From positions 146,502-210,501 of the forward strand of contig JBFWXO010000005.1 in the NCBI GenBank assembly GCA_050187355.1: a stretch of DNA of 64,000 nt, read 5' to 3'. Below the pieces are notes generated by a model. The model was given only the letters and a program-made list of their open reading frames with translations. It did not search any database and had not been told where the DNA came from. Made by a program: the position numbers and the translations under genes. This document shows, in pieces, positions 18,586 to 26,811 of this stretch. Each line of letters opens with the position of its first letter. Position 1 is the first letter of the stretch. This stretch comes from Vicinamibacterales bacterium (lineage in GTDB: Bacteria; Acidobacteriota; Vicinamibacteria; Vicinamibacterales; UBA2999).

Positions 18586-19292
18586 CGACCTCCGACGCCT
18601 GCGCGGCCCACACGTTCACGGCCAGGGGCCTCGCCCGCGGTGCCTCGGCCAGCGTCGCCCTCGGCCTGGCCTCGTCGGTGCTCGGCGCGGGCGTGGGCGT
18701 GGCGGCGCGGCAGGCAGGGTTGCCCCTCTGGGGGACGGTGCTGATGAGCGGCTCCGTGTTCGCCGGCGCGGCCCAGTTCGCGGCGCTGACGCTGTGGGTG
18801 GCGCCGCTGCCCTACGCGCCCATCTGGCTCTCCACCTTCGCCGTGAACGCGCGCTTCGCGCTCCTCACCGCGTCGCTCTCGCCGTGGCTGCGCCATTACC
18901 GCGGCTGGGTGCAGGGCCTGTCGACGTTCCTGATGGGCGAGGGCCAGTGGGCCATCGCCTCCAACGCGCACCTGCGCGGCGAGCGCGACATCGGCGTCTT
19001 CGTCGGCAGCGGGCTGGTCGTCTGGTTCGTGTGGATGACGGGGACGACGGTGGGCTACCTGGCGGCGCCGGTCCTCGGCGATCCCCGCCGGCTCGGCCTG
19101 GACCTGGTGCTGGTCCTCTTCTTCGCGGCCACGCTGACCACCACGTGGCGCGGCCGGCGCGATCTGGTGCCGTGGGGCGCGGCGGCGCTGGCCACGCGCC
19201 TCTCGCCGTGGATGGTCCCGCCGGAATGGCAGGTTCTCGTGGCCGCCCTCGTCGGCGCCACCGTCGGAGCATGGCGTGACGCCCACCGCTGA
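18582..19292 (+). CDS. azlC: AzlC-family branched-chain amino-acid exporter subunit
   Basis: SGSVFAGAAQFAALTLW and multiple TM helices. The ATG at 18582 overlaps the qhpE stop (ATGA). Confidence 0.75.
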   Translation: MTTSDACAAHTFTARGLARGASASVALGLASSVLGAGVGVAARQAGLPLWGTVLMSGSVFAGAAQFAALTLWVAPLPYAPIWLSTFAVNARFALLTASLSPWLRHYRGWVQGLSTFLMGEGQWAIASNAHLRGERDIGVFVGSGLVVWFVWMTGTTVGYLAAPVLGDPRRLGLDLVLVLFFAATLTTTWRGRRDLVPWGAAALATRLSPWMVPPEWQVLVAALVGATVGAWRDAHR

Positions 19293-19575
19293 CGCCGCCG
19301 TCCTGGCCATCGCGGGCATGGCCGCCCTGACCTATCTGGGACGCGCCGGCGGCCTCGTGATCGCCCGTGTGCTGCCGCCGACGCCCTTCGCCACGGCGTT
19401 CCTGAAGCACCTGGGCACCTGCGTCATCGTCGCCCTCGTGACGTCCACCGTCGCCCGCAGCGACGGGCCCGGCCTGATCGCCACCGTGGTGACCGTGGCC
19501 GCCGCCTCGCGCGGGTGGCCGACCTCGGCGATGCTGGCGGGCATGGCGGTGGCCGCAGTCCTGCGCGCGATGTGA
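19276..19575 (+). CDS. azlD: AzlD-family small membrane protein
   Basis: 99 aa with AIAGMAALTYLGRAGG at the N-terminus and 3-4 TM helices. The GTG start overlaps the azlC 3' end by 17 nt. Confidence 0.7.
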   Translation: MTPTADAAVLAIAGMAALTYLGRAGGLVIARVLPPTPFATAFLKHLGTCVIVALVTSTVARSDGPGLIATVVTVAAASRGWPTSAMLAGMAVAAVLRAM

Positions 19576-19641
19576 GCCGGCGTAAGTGCATGCCCAGGGG
19601 AGTCGAACCGTTCTCTACAGTCCGCCGGGGTCCCAAGGGCC

Positions 19642-20996
19642 TCACCGCACTGGCCCCGCCGTCAGCCGCTTCAGGTCCTCGACCCAGTTCAGCACCAGAT
19701 TGAGGTTGCCGAAGCCGGACGAGCGTTCGAGCATCACGAAGCCGCCCTTGGGCATGACGTCGTACTGGGCGAACGTTATTCCCGTGCCGTAGTTGAACTC
19801 GCGATCGAACAGTTGGACCGGTCGGCCCAGCCGCAGGCCGTCCGATCCGGCGACCACCGGCACGGCGAGCATCCTCGATCGACTGCGATAGAAGATCTCC
19901 TTTCCATCGCGGCTCCACATCGGCTGCGTGCCGCCATCGACGGAGACCGACCACTTCCGCGTCGGCTCCGGAAAATGGACGCGCTTCCATCGGCATTGCC
20001 GATGCGAAGTCCCGCGGCCGTCCTGAACACCAGCCGCTTGCCGTCGGGCGTCCAGACGCCATAGGAGTTCCCGTACGAACTTCCGATGGCGCTCTCGGAT
20101 GTCATCCGAGACATCGTCGAGCGCACGAGGTCGAGCAGGCGTCGGTCGCGGCGAGCACCCGGCTCTCGCGCGCCCACAGGTCACGCACGTACAGGCGCGG
20201 GGGCGCGCATCGGCACCGGTCTGAATGCGAGCGCGCTCGCAGCCGCCGCCGCGACGGCCGCAGCGAGCCACGCCACGCCTGCGCCAGGGAATTTCCCGGG
20301 TCGGGATGCGGAGGAGGCGGACGGCGCAGGCTCGACGTCCGTCAGGTCCAGGCGGGCGTCTCCGAAATGCTGCAATCGTCGCCGTGGGTCTTTCACGAGA
20401 CAGCGCCGCAGGAGGCGCTGTACGTTCGGCGGCGTATCTACTGGCAGGCGGGTCCAGTCCGGGTCTGCCTTGAGCACCTCGCCAATCAGCTCGGCCACCG
20501 AGCTGACGCGGAATGGCGGAGTGCCAATCAGCATCTCGAACAACACGCATCCGAACGCCCAGAGGTCGGCCGGTCGACCTGCGTCCTCGCCGCGAGCCTG
20601 CTCCGGCGCCATGTACGCCGCCGTCCCCAGCACGATTCCCAGGCCGGTCGACTGAGCCGGGCCGGTCGTCGTCGGTGCGTGTGCAGCGTCAGGCCCGCTC
20701 GCTGACTTCGCTCGGGCGTCCACCAATTTCGCCAGACCGAAATCCAGAACCTTCACGGTGCCATCCGGACGCACCTTGACGTTCGCGGGCTTGAGGTCAC
20801 GATGGACGATTCCGCGGTCGTGCGCAGCCTCGAGGCCGTCGGCGATCTGCGCCGCCAGCCGTACGGCGTCGTCCGGGGGCCGTACTTCTCCGTCAGCGCC
20901 GGCCACTCCCCGCGACAGGTAACCGGCACCACGGTCAATTCGCCGCGATAGGTGTTCGCCGCTCACTTTCCCCTTGACAGTCTTTTCAGGCTGCAC
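19642..20996 (-). pseudogene. Decayed Ser/Thr protein kinase fused to a TolB-like beta-propeller. It is 5'-truncated, frameshifted and internally deleted.
   Basis: The kinase C-lobe is intact in one frame (VHRDLKPAN at nt 20781-20807, then DFGLAK and APE). No Gly-loop or VAIK N-lobe is present. The TolB-like blades are split over two other frames (YGVWTPDGKRLVF at 19776-20177; PMWSRDGKEIFYRS...NLVLNWVEDLKRL at 19642-~19990). Only about 0.6 kb is left for a domain that is normally much longer. Confidence 0.75.
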
Positions 20997-21146
20997 CGCG
21001 ATTCAGCGCGAGAGTGCGCGCAGAACCGCTGCATGCGTCGCCCGACCGGCCCGTAGGCCACGAACTGAAGCCATGACCGCGTTCGGCGTGTTTTGGCTGG
21101 CGCTCTCGAGCCAGAGGCAATCCTGAGCGACCAGCTTCGGCGTCCG

Positions 21147-21152
21147 TATGAT
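21147..21152 (+). promoter_or_regulatory. -10-like hexamer TATGAT, 5 nt upstream of the ATG at 21158
   Basis: The sequence reads cgtccgTATGATggggaATG with no SD. Confidence 0.25.
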
Positions 21153-21157
21153 GGGGA

Positions 21158-22495
21158 ATGACGCCCCCGATCGCTCTCGACGTTCCCTCGACGACCGCGG
21201 CTGACACGTCGCTCGTTCCTGCCGCCTCCTCCACGAACGACCTCGGCGAAGCCATCGCCGAACTGGCCACGAAGCTTCACGCCGCCACGTATCAGTTGCT
21301 CGTGCTCCTGCGCGAGTTCGACGCACGTCGCGGTTGGAACGATGGGTTCCTGTCGTGCGCCCACTGGCTCCATTGGCGCACGGGCATCGACCTCGGCGCC
21401 TGCCGCGAGAAGGTGCGCGTGGCCCGGGCGCTTGCTGCGCTGCCGCTCACCAGTATGACTATGGAGGCCGGTCAGGTGTCGTACGCCAAGGTGCGCGCCA
21501 TCACGCGCGTGGCCACGCCGGAGAACGAGCGTCGACTCGTGGATCTGGCCCTCGCCGGGACGGCGGCACAGGTCGAGCGGGTGGTGCGCGCCTGGCGCCG
21601 TGCGGATCTGGCAGAGGAACGGGCACACGAGAATCAGCGGCATCTTCGGCGACACCTGACGACGTGGGTGGACGACGACGGCATGGTGGTCATCCGCGGC
21701 CGGCTTTCGCCCGAGGTCGGCGCCGTCGTACAGCGCGCGCTCGAGGTGGCCGCTGACATGCTGCGCGGGGAGGGCGTCGGTGTGCCGCCCGCTGCCACAC
21801 TGGAGGAAGACGTGACGCCTACGCAGCGCCGGGCGGACGCACTCGGACGCCTGGCGGAGGTGGCGCTAACCGCCTCGCTCGACCGCGGCTCCTCCGGGGA
21901 TCGCTATCAGGTGGTGCTGCACGTCGAACAGGGCGCCACTGAGAGTTCGGCAATTGCGATGGGCGGCGTCATCGAGATGGATGGTGTGCCGGTCTGCGTT
22001 TCCGCGGAAACGTCGCGGCGCCTCGCGTGCGATGCGGCGGTTATCGAGATGGCGCACGACGCCTCCCGTACGCCACTGGATGTCGGCCGCCGGACGCGCC
22101 CCATCCCATCGGCGATTCGGCGAGCCCTCGACGCACGAGACCGGCACTGCCGGTTCCCCGGCTGCACCTCGCGGCGGTGCGACGCCCATCACGTCGAGCA
22201 CTGGATGGATGGCGGCGCGACGAGCCTGTCGAACCTCGTGCTGCTCTGCCGCCGCCATCATCGGGCGATTCACGAGGGTGGATACGGGGTGTCGATGGAC
22301 CGCGACGGCGCCACCGTCTTCAGGCGCCCTGACGGATCGGGAATCGAAGCGGCCCCTCGAATGCCCCTGACACCTGGCGACCTCCAGCGGCCCGCAGCAC
22401 CTCGGCGCCTGCCCACGTGGGACGGGACGCCGCTGGACGTCGCGTGGGCAGTCGACATGCTGCGGTCCCGCCAAGGCCCCACGACGGTCGGTTGA
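21158..22495 (+). CDS. DUF222-type HNH endonuclease (REP13E12-like family)
   Basis: N-terminal DUF222-like helical region (ATYQLLVLLREFDARRGW...CAHWLHWRTGIDLGACREKVRVARAL). C-terminal HNH motif CRFPGC..RCDAHHVEHW..GG.T.L.NLVLLCRRHHRAIHEG. Confidence 0.8.
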   Translation: MTPPIALDVPSTTAADTSLVPAASSTNDLGEAIAELATKLHAATYQLLVLLREFDARRGWNDGFLSCAHWLHWRTGIDLGACREKVRVARALAALPLTSMTMEAGQVSYAKVRAITRVATPENERRLVDLALAGTAAQVERVVRAWRRADLAEERAHENQRHLRRHLTTWVDDDGMVVIRGRLSPEVGAVVQRALEVAADMLRGEGVGVPPAATLEEDVTPTQRRADALGRLAEVALTASLDRGSSGDRYQVVLHVEQGATESSAIAMGGVIEMDGVPVCVSAETSRRLACDAAVIEMAHDASRTPLDVGRRTRPIPSAIRRALDARDRHCRFPGCTSRRCDAHHVEHWMDGGATSLSNLVLLCRRHHRAIHEGGYGVSMDRDGATVFRRPDGSGIEAAPRMPLTPGDLQRPAAPRRLPTWDGTPLDVAWAVDMLRSRQGPTTVG

Positions 22496-22562
22496 CGACG
22501 GTCGGAGCCCGCCCCGGCCCATCGATGAAGTCCTGCGCCCGCACGCTCGTCGGAGGGCCTCG

Positions 22563-23936
22563 ATGCCCTATCCTCAACCGATGAGCTCGAGCGCAGCTCC
22601 CCGTCACCGACATCCTCGACGCCTGCGGCCGCACGCCCGCGGGCGCTCTTCGTGGGCGTCCGCGTGTGGGCGCTGGCCCGTCGCGGCGCTCGCCGCCGGG
22701 CTGATCGCGGCCCTGGCGGCATCGCCCGCCGCCCGCCAGCCGTCGCAGGCTCCGGCACCCGGTAGTTCTACCCGCATCGTCAAGATCGCGGGCGACGCGC
22801 ACAAGCTGCTGCTGCGGGCCGACGGCACGGTGGCCGGATGGGGCACCTACATCTCGGGGCAGCTCGGCCCCGTGGCCGCCATCCCAGGCGCCAACAGCCG
22901 GGCCACGGCCCTCGTCGCGATCGCGCTGCCCGCCAAGGCGGTGGACATCGCCGCGAACGCCGATGCGTCCTACGCCGTGCTCGACGACGGCACCGTGATG
23001 GCGTGGGGCCGCGCCGATGCCGGACAGCTCGGCAACGGCCAGGGGCAGGCGCCGCGGCTCGCGACGAGCACGCAGTCGTCGGAGTATCGCGGCGTCGAGA
23101 CCCCGACGCGTATCGAGGGCCTGAGCGATGTCGCGAGCGTGGCAGCCGACGGCACGTCGGCGTACGCCGTACTCACCGACGGCACCGTGCGCGCGTGGGG
23201 CGGCCGCAACATCGGCGATGGCCGTGCCAAGAGCGACTACACCGGGCCGCCGAGCACGGCCGGCCCGGCGTACCGGCCTGTCGAGGTGCCGGGCCTCACC
23301 GGTGTGGTCGCCGTGTCGGCCGGAGGGGGATGTGTCCTGGCGCTCACGAAGGACGGCCGCGTCGTCTCGTGGGGCTCGAACTTCTACGGGGCGCTCGGAC
23401 GTCCGCCGCGCGTGGAGCTCGCGCTCGACAACCCTGGGGAGATTCCTGGACTGACCGACGTCGTGCAGGCCGTGGCCGGCGCCGGGATTTCGACCGCGGT
23501 GAAGAAGGACGGCACCGTCTGGGTGTGGGGCTCGAACTGGCAGCAGCAGTTCGGGTTCCCGGCACCCACGGTGCAACCCGGCCCGGACCGCGGCTTCGTC
23601 CTCGAACCCCAGCAGGTGCCGGGCCTCACGACCGTCACCGCGGTGGCGCTCGGCGTCAACGGGCGCCACACGCTGGCGCTCCTGAAGGACGGCACGCTGC
23701 GCGTCTGGGGCAACCAGGACTGGGGACAGGCGGGAACGGGCGCCGGACCCGGCTACCACCCCCGGCCACTCACACCGAAGATCGCGGGCGTCGCGGCGGT
23801 GTTCGCGGCCGGCAACAACTCGTTCGCCGTGCTGCGCGACGGCACGCTGTGGGCGTGGGGCAGCGGCGGCGCCGGCCAGTTCCCCCTGACCTCCAACGTC
23901 CGCGTGCCGACGCCCGCGCCGGCCGGACTCAGGTGA
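22563..23936 (+). CDS. Secreted RCC1-repeat (beta-propeller) protein
   Basis: N-terminal hydrophobic anchor. About 7 repeats of the ...DGTV.AWG.N..GQLG... type (GTVAGWGTYISGQLG, GTVMAWGRADAGQLG, GRVVSWGSNFYGALG, GTVWVWGSNWQQQFG, GTLRVWGNQDWGQAG, GTLWAWGSGGAGQ). Confidence 0.75.
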   Translation: MPYPQPMSSSAAPRHRHPRRLRPHARGRSSWASACGRWPVAALAAGLIAALAASPAARQPSQAPAPGSSTRIVKIAGDAHKLLLRADGTVAGWGTYISGQLGPVAAIPGANSRATALVAIALPAKAVDIAANADASYAVLDDGTVMAWGRADAGQLGNGQGQAPRLATSTQSSEYRGVETPTRIEGLSDVASVAADGTSAYAVLTDGTVRAWGGRNIGDGRAKSDYTGPPSTAGPAYRPVEVPGLTGVVAVSAGGGCVLALTKDGRVVSWGSNFYGALGRPPRVELALDNPGEIPGLTDVVQAVAGAGISTAVKKDGTVWVWGSNWQQQFGFPAPTVQPGPDRGFVLEPQQVPGLTTVTAVALGVNGRHTLALLKDGTLRVWGNQDWGQAGTGAGPGYHPRPLTPKIAGVAAVFAAGNNSFAVLRDGTLWAWGSGGAGQFPLTSNVRVPTPAPAGLR

Positions 23937-24040
23937 GGCGGAACGCGGGCGCACCGGCAGCGGGCACGAGCCAGTAGCACGGAACGCCGAGCGCCACCTC
24001 GCGGCCCTCGGGATTCGGCCAACGGTCCCCACCGTCCCGT

Positions 24041-24065
24041 CGCGAATCAACCTCAACGATTCGCG
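24041..24065. terminator. 8-bp perfect hairpin at the convergent junction of the RCC1 gene and malQ. It spans the malQ stop codon.
   Basis: cgcgaatc-aacctcaac-gattcgcg. No clear U-tract follows, so function as a terminator is uncertain. Confidence 0.25.
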
Positions 24066-25630
24066 GCGGCGCACCAGTCGTGCAGGGCCTGGGCCCGCTC
24101 GACCCACTGCGGCGAGTCACGCCACCGGTCGACGGGTATCGGCACCTTCCACGTCCAGTTGGCGTCGCCCACGGTGGCCGGCGTGTTGATGCGGGCCTCC
24201 CAGCCGAACACGTCCTGGAGGGGCAGCATGACATAGCGCGCGGGGCTGGCGAGGAGCGCGCGAAGGATCGCGTCGCGGACGTCCGGCACGAACGGCCGCG
24301 CGTGCTCCACCGGCCACGGGCCGCTCGCGGCGAGGCCGGACAGCGCCAGCACGTCCGCCCGGTGCGCCTCGCTCAGGTCCCGCCACCACTCGGCCAGCGT
24401 CTCGGTGTCGTGCGTCCCCGTGAGCGCCACCGACACCTCGGGGTACGCGGACGGGTCCACGAAGGGCTGGCCCTCTTCGGTCCACGCGCGCTCCCAGCGC
24501 ATGACCTTGAAGCCGGGGACGCCCAGGCGCGCCATGGACCACCGGACGAAGTCGGGCACGGTGCCCAGATCCTCGGCGACGATCTCGAGGCCCGTGCCGA
24601 GATAGATGTTGAGGAGCCGCGCGCCGAGGCGGCTCTGCATCGTCTCGTCCGGCGGGGAGAAGACGCGGGGCTGGGTGTCGTCGTGCGGCCGGACGTAGAT
24701 GCGGTAGAGCCCTACCAGGTGATCGACACGCAGCCCGTCGAAGAGCGCGGCCAGCCGCCGGGCCCGGGCTCGCATCCACTTGAAGCCCGTGTCCTGCATC
24801 GGCTCCCAGCGCCAGGGCGGCAGCCCCCAGTCCTGCCCGCTGTCGGAGAAGGCATCCGGCGGCACCCCGACCGAGGCGTCGAGCATGAACTGCTCGCGCC
24901 GCTCCCACACGTCGGGACTGTCGCCCGAGATCATGAACGGCAGGTCGCCGAACATCCGCACGCCCGCCGACGCCCGGCGCGCCGCCTGCCACTGATCCTC
25001 CGCGATCCATTGCAGGTAGGCGCGATACCCGCGTTCCTCGTCGAGCGCCCCGGCCGCCTGCGCGACGGCCCCGCGATCGCACGACGCCAGCGCCGGCGGC
25101 CACTGCCACCACGCCTTCTCGTCCTGCGACGCGTGGATCGCCCGGAAGGTGGTGTAGGCGTCGAGCCACCACGCCTCGCGGGCGATGTAGGCGCCGAACG
25201 CCCGGGCCCGCGCCGTGTCGTGGGCGAGTTCGTCGCGCCTGAACCGCGCGTACGCGCGCCGCATCACCTGCGACTTCAGCGCCCGGACATCGGCGTAACG
25301 GACGCCCGCCGACGCGCGGACCGCCTCGAGGCGCTCGCGCTCGGCGGCGCCGAGCGCCGCCTCTCCGCCCAGGGCCGCCACGTCGGGCACGCCGGGGACG
25401 TGGATGTACAGCGGATCGAGCGCCATCGCCGACATCGACGAGTACGGCGACGTCTCGCCCGGCGAGATCTCGTTGAGCGGCAGGAGCTGGACGTACCGCT
25501 GGCCGGCCTCGCGGCACCAGGCCGCGAACGCCGGCAGGTCGGTGAACTCGCCCAGGCCCCAGCCCGTGGACGACGCCAGCGAGAACAGCGGGACGCCGAT
25601 GCCGCTCTGGCGCGTCGGCCGCGCGCTCAC
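24053..25630 (-). CDS. malQ: 4-alpha-glucanotransferase (amylomaltase, GH77)
   Basis: GIGVPLFSLASSTGWGLGEFTDL...YVQLLPLNE...SPYSSMSAMALDPLYI and VDHLVGLYRIY. The GTG start at 25630 overlaps the upstream stop (GTGA). Confidence 0.85.
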   Translation of the reverse strand: MSARPTRQSGIGVPLFSLASSTGWGLGEFTDLPAFAAWCREAGQRYVQLLPLNEISPGETSPYSSMSAMALDPLYIHVPGVPDVAALGGEAALGAAERERLEAVRASAGVRYADVRALKSQVMRRAYARFRRDELAHDTARARAFGAYIAREAWWLDAYTTFRAIHASQDEKAWWQWPPALASCDRGAVAQAAGALDEERGYRAYLQWIAEDQWQAARRASAGVRMFGDLPFMISGDSPDVWERREQFMLDASVGVPPDAFSDSGQDWGLPPWRWEPMQDTGFKWMRARARRLAALFDGLRVDHLVGLYRIYVRPHDDTQPRVFSPPDETMQSRLGARLLNIYLGTGLEIVAEDLGTVPDFVRWSMARLGVPGFKVMRWERAWTEEGQPFVDPSAYPEVSVALTGTHDTETLAEWWRDLSEAHRADVLALSGLAASGPWPVEHARPFVPDVRDAILRALLASPARYVMLPLQDVFGWEARINTPATVGDANWTWKVPIPVDRWRDSPQWVERAQALHDWCAAANR

Positions 25631-26811
25631 GCCCCCGCCTCCGTCGCCCTGGCGAGCAGGCGGGCGATGGCGGTGTCGAACTGCGCGGGGTCCACCAGCA
25701 GGCTCACGATCACGAAGGCCTCGCGCGGAAAGTCGAAGAAGTAGCCCGGATGCACCAGGACGCCGTCCCGTTCGAGGAGATCCAGGACCAGGCGCTCCTC
25801 GCTCCTCACGGCCGGAACCTGGAGGACGGCGCACCAGCCCCCCGCGGGCGGCAGGAGCGTCACGGCCGGATGCGCGTGCACGGCGTGCCTGAGCGCCTGG
25901 AGGTTGCGGCCGGTCCGGTCGCGGATGGCGTCACGCACGACGGCTCCCCTCGACAGGAGGGACGGCAGCGCGACCTGGACCGGGGTGGACACCGACAGAT
26001 ACGTGTCGGCGACGACCTCGAGGCCCTGCAGCGCGTCGTCCACGGCGGCCTCCGGTCCGGCCACGCCGATCCACCCGAGCTTCACCTGCGGCAACCCCAC
26101 GGTCTTCGACAGACCGCCGAGCGCGAAGGCGAGCGCCCGCGACTGCTGCGCCACCGAGGGCGCGGGGGCAAGGCCGTCCAGGCGGTAGTCCGCGAACACC
26201 TCGTCGCCCACGAGCGCCACGTCGCGCGCGGCGCAGACCTCGGCCAGGTGATCGAGCTCATCGCCGTCCAGCACCGATCCGGTCGGGTTGTTGGGCGACA
26301 CGACGAGGACGGCCTTCGTGCGCTCGTCGATCTGGCGCGCCAGCGCGGCCACGTCGAGCCGCCAGTGGCCGTGCAGGTCCAGTTCGTACGGCGACGCCTC
26401 GACCGCCTCGAGCGACGTGAGGTGCTCGAACAGCGGATAGCTCGGACGCGGCACGAGCACGCGATCGCCCGGCTCGCAGAGCAGCTTGAAGAGCCACGAG
26501 TACGCTTCGCTCGTGCTGGCGGTGAGGCACACGCGGCCGGCGGGCACGTCCACGCCGCGGCGGGCGAAGTCGGATGCGGCGGCGGCGCGCGCCGAGGGCA
26601 GGCCCAGCGCCTGCGGCTCGTAGCGGGTGGCGGCCTCGCTGGCAAGCGGCGCCAGGAGGTCGTCGGGGTACGGCAGCCCGACGCGCGTGGGGTTCGATTC
26701 GGTCAGGTCGATCGGCGGCGGGCCGGACGCGCGCCGCCGCGCGATGGCCTCCGAGAGCCGGTTCGGGGCGAGGTCCCGTGGCAGCCGTGACGATCGGACC
26801 GGCGCCGGCAT
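25627..26811 (-). CDS. Pyridoxal-phosphate-dependent aminotransferase (class I/II)
   Basis: LVVSPNNPTG, and GGLSKTVGLPQVKLGW with the PLP-binding Lys. The ATG at 26809-26811 overlaps the upstream stop (ATGA). The upstream 720 aa of the ORF-track 1118-aa ORF is antisense read-through. Confidence 0.8.
   Translation of the reverse strand: MPAPVRSSRLPRDLAPNRLSEAIARRRASGPPPIDLTESNPTRVGLPYPDDLLAPLASEAATRYEPQALGLPSARAAAASDFARRGVDVPAGRVCLTASTSEAYSWLFKLLCEPGDRVLVPRPSYPLFEHLTSLEAVEASPYELDLHGHWRLDVAALARQIDERTKAVLVVSPNNPTGSVLDGDELDHLAEVCAARDVALVGDEVFADYRLDGLAPAPSVAQQSRALAFALGGLSKTVGLPQVKLGWIGVAGPEAAVDDALQGLEVVADTYLSVSTPVQVALPSLLSRGAVVRDAIRDRTGRNLQALRHAVHAHPAVTLLPPAGGWCAVLQVPAVRSEERLVLDLLERDGVLVHPGYFFDFPREAFVIVSLLVDPAQFDTAIARLLARATEAGA

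Noticed and set aside
19590-19640. A tRNA-like fragment on the minus strand (GGTTCGACTCC followed by CCTGGGCA) at the left edge of the decayed kinase/HNH region. This could have been an att-site remnant.
   Set aside because: The putative T-stem pairs at only 3 of 5 positions. No matching 5' acceptor arm, D-arm or anticodon arm can be folded from the adjacent sequence. A single 11-mer resemblance is not enough. A tRNAscan-SE or ARAGORN run would settle it.
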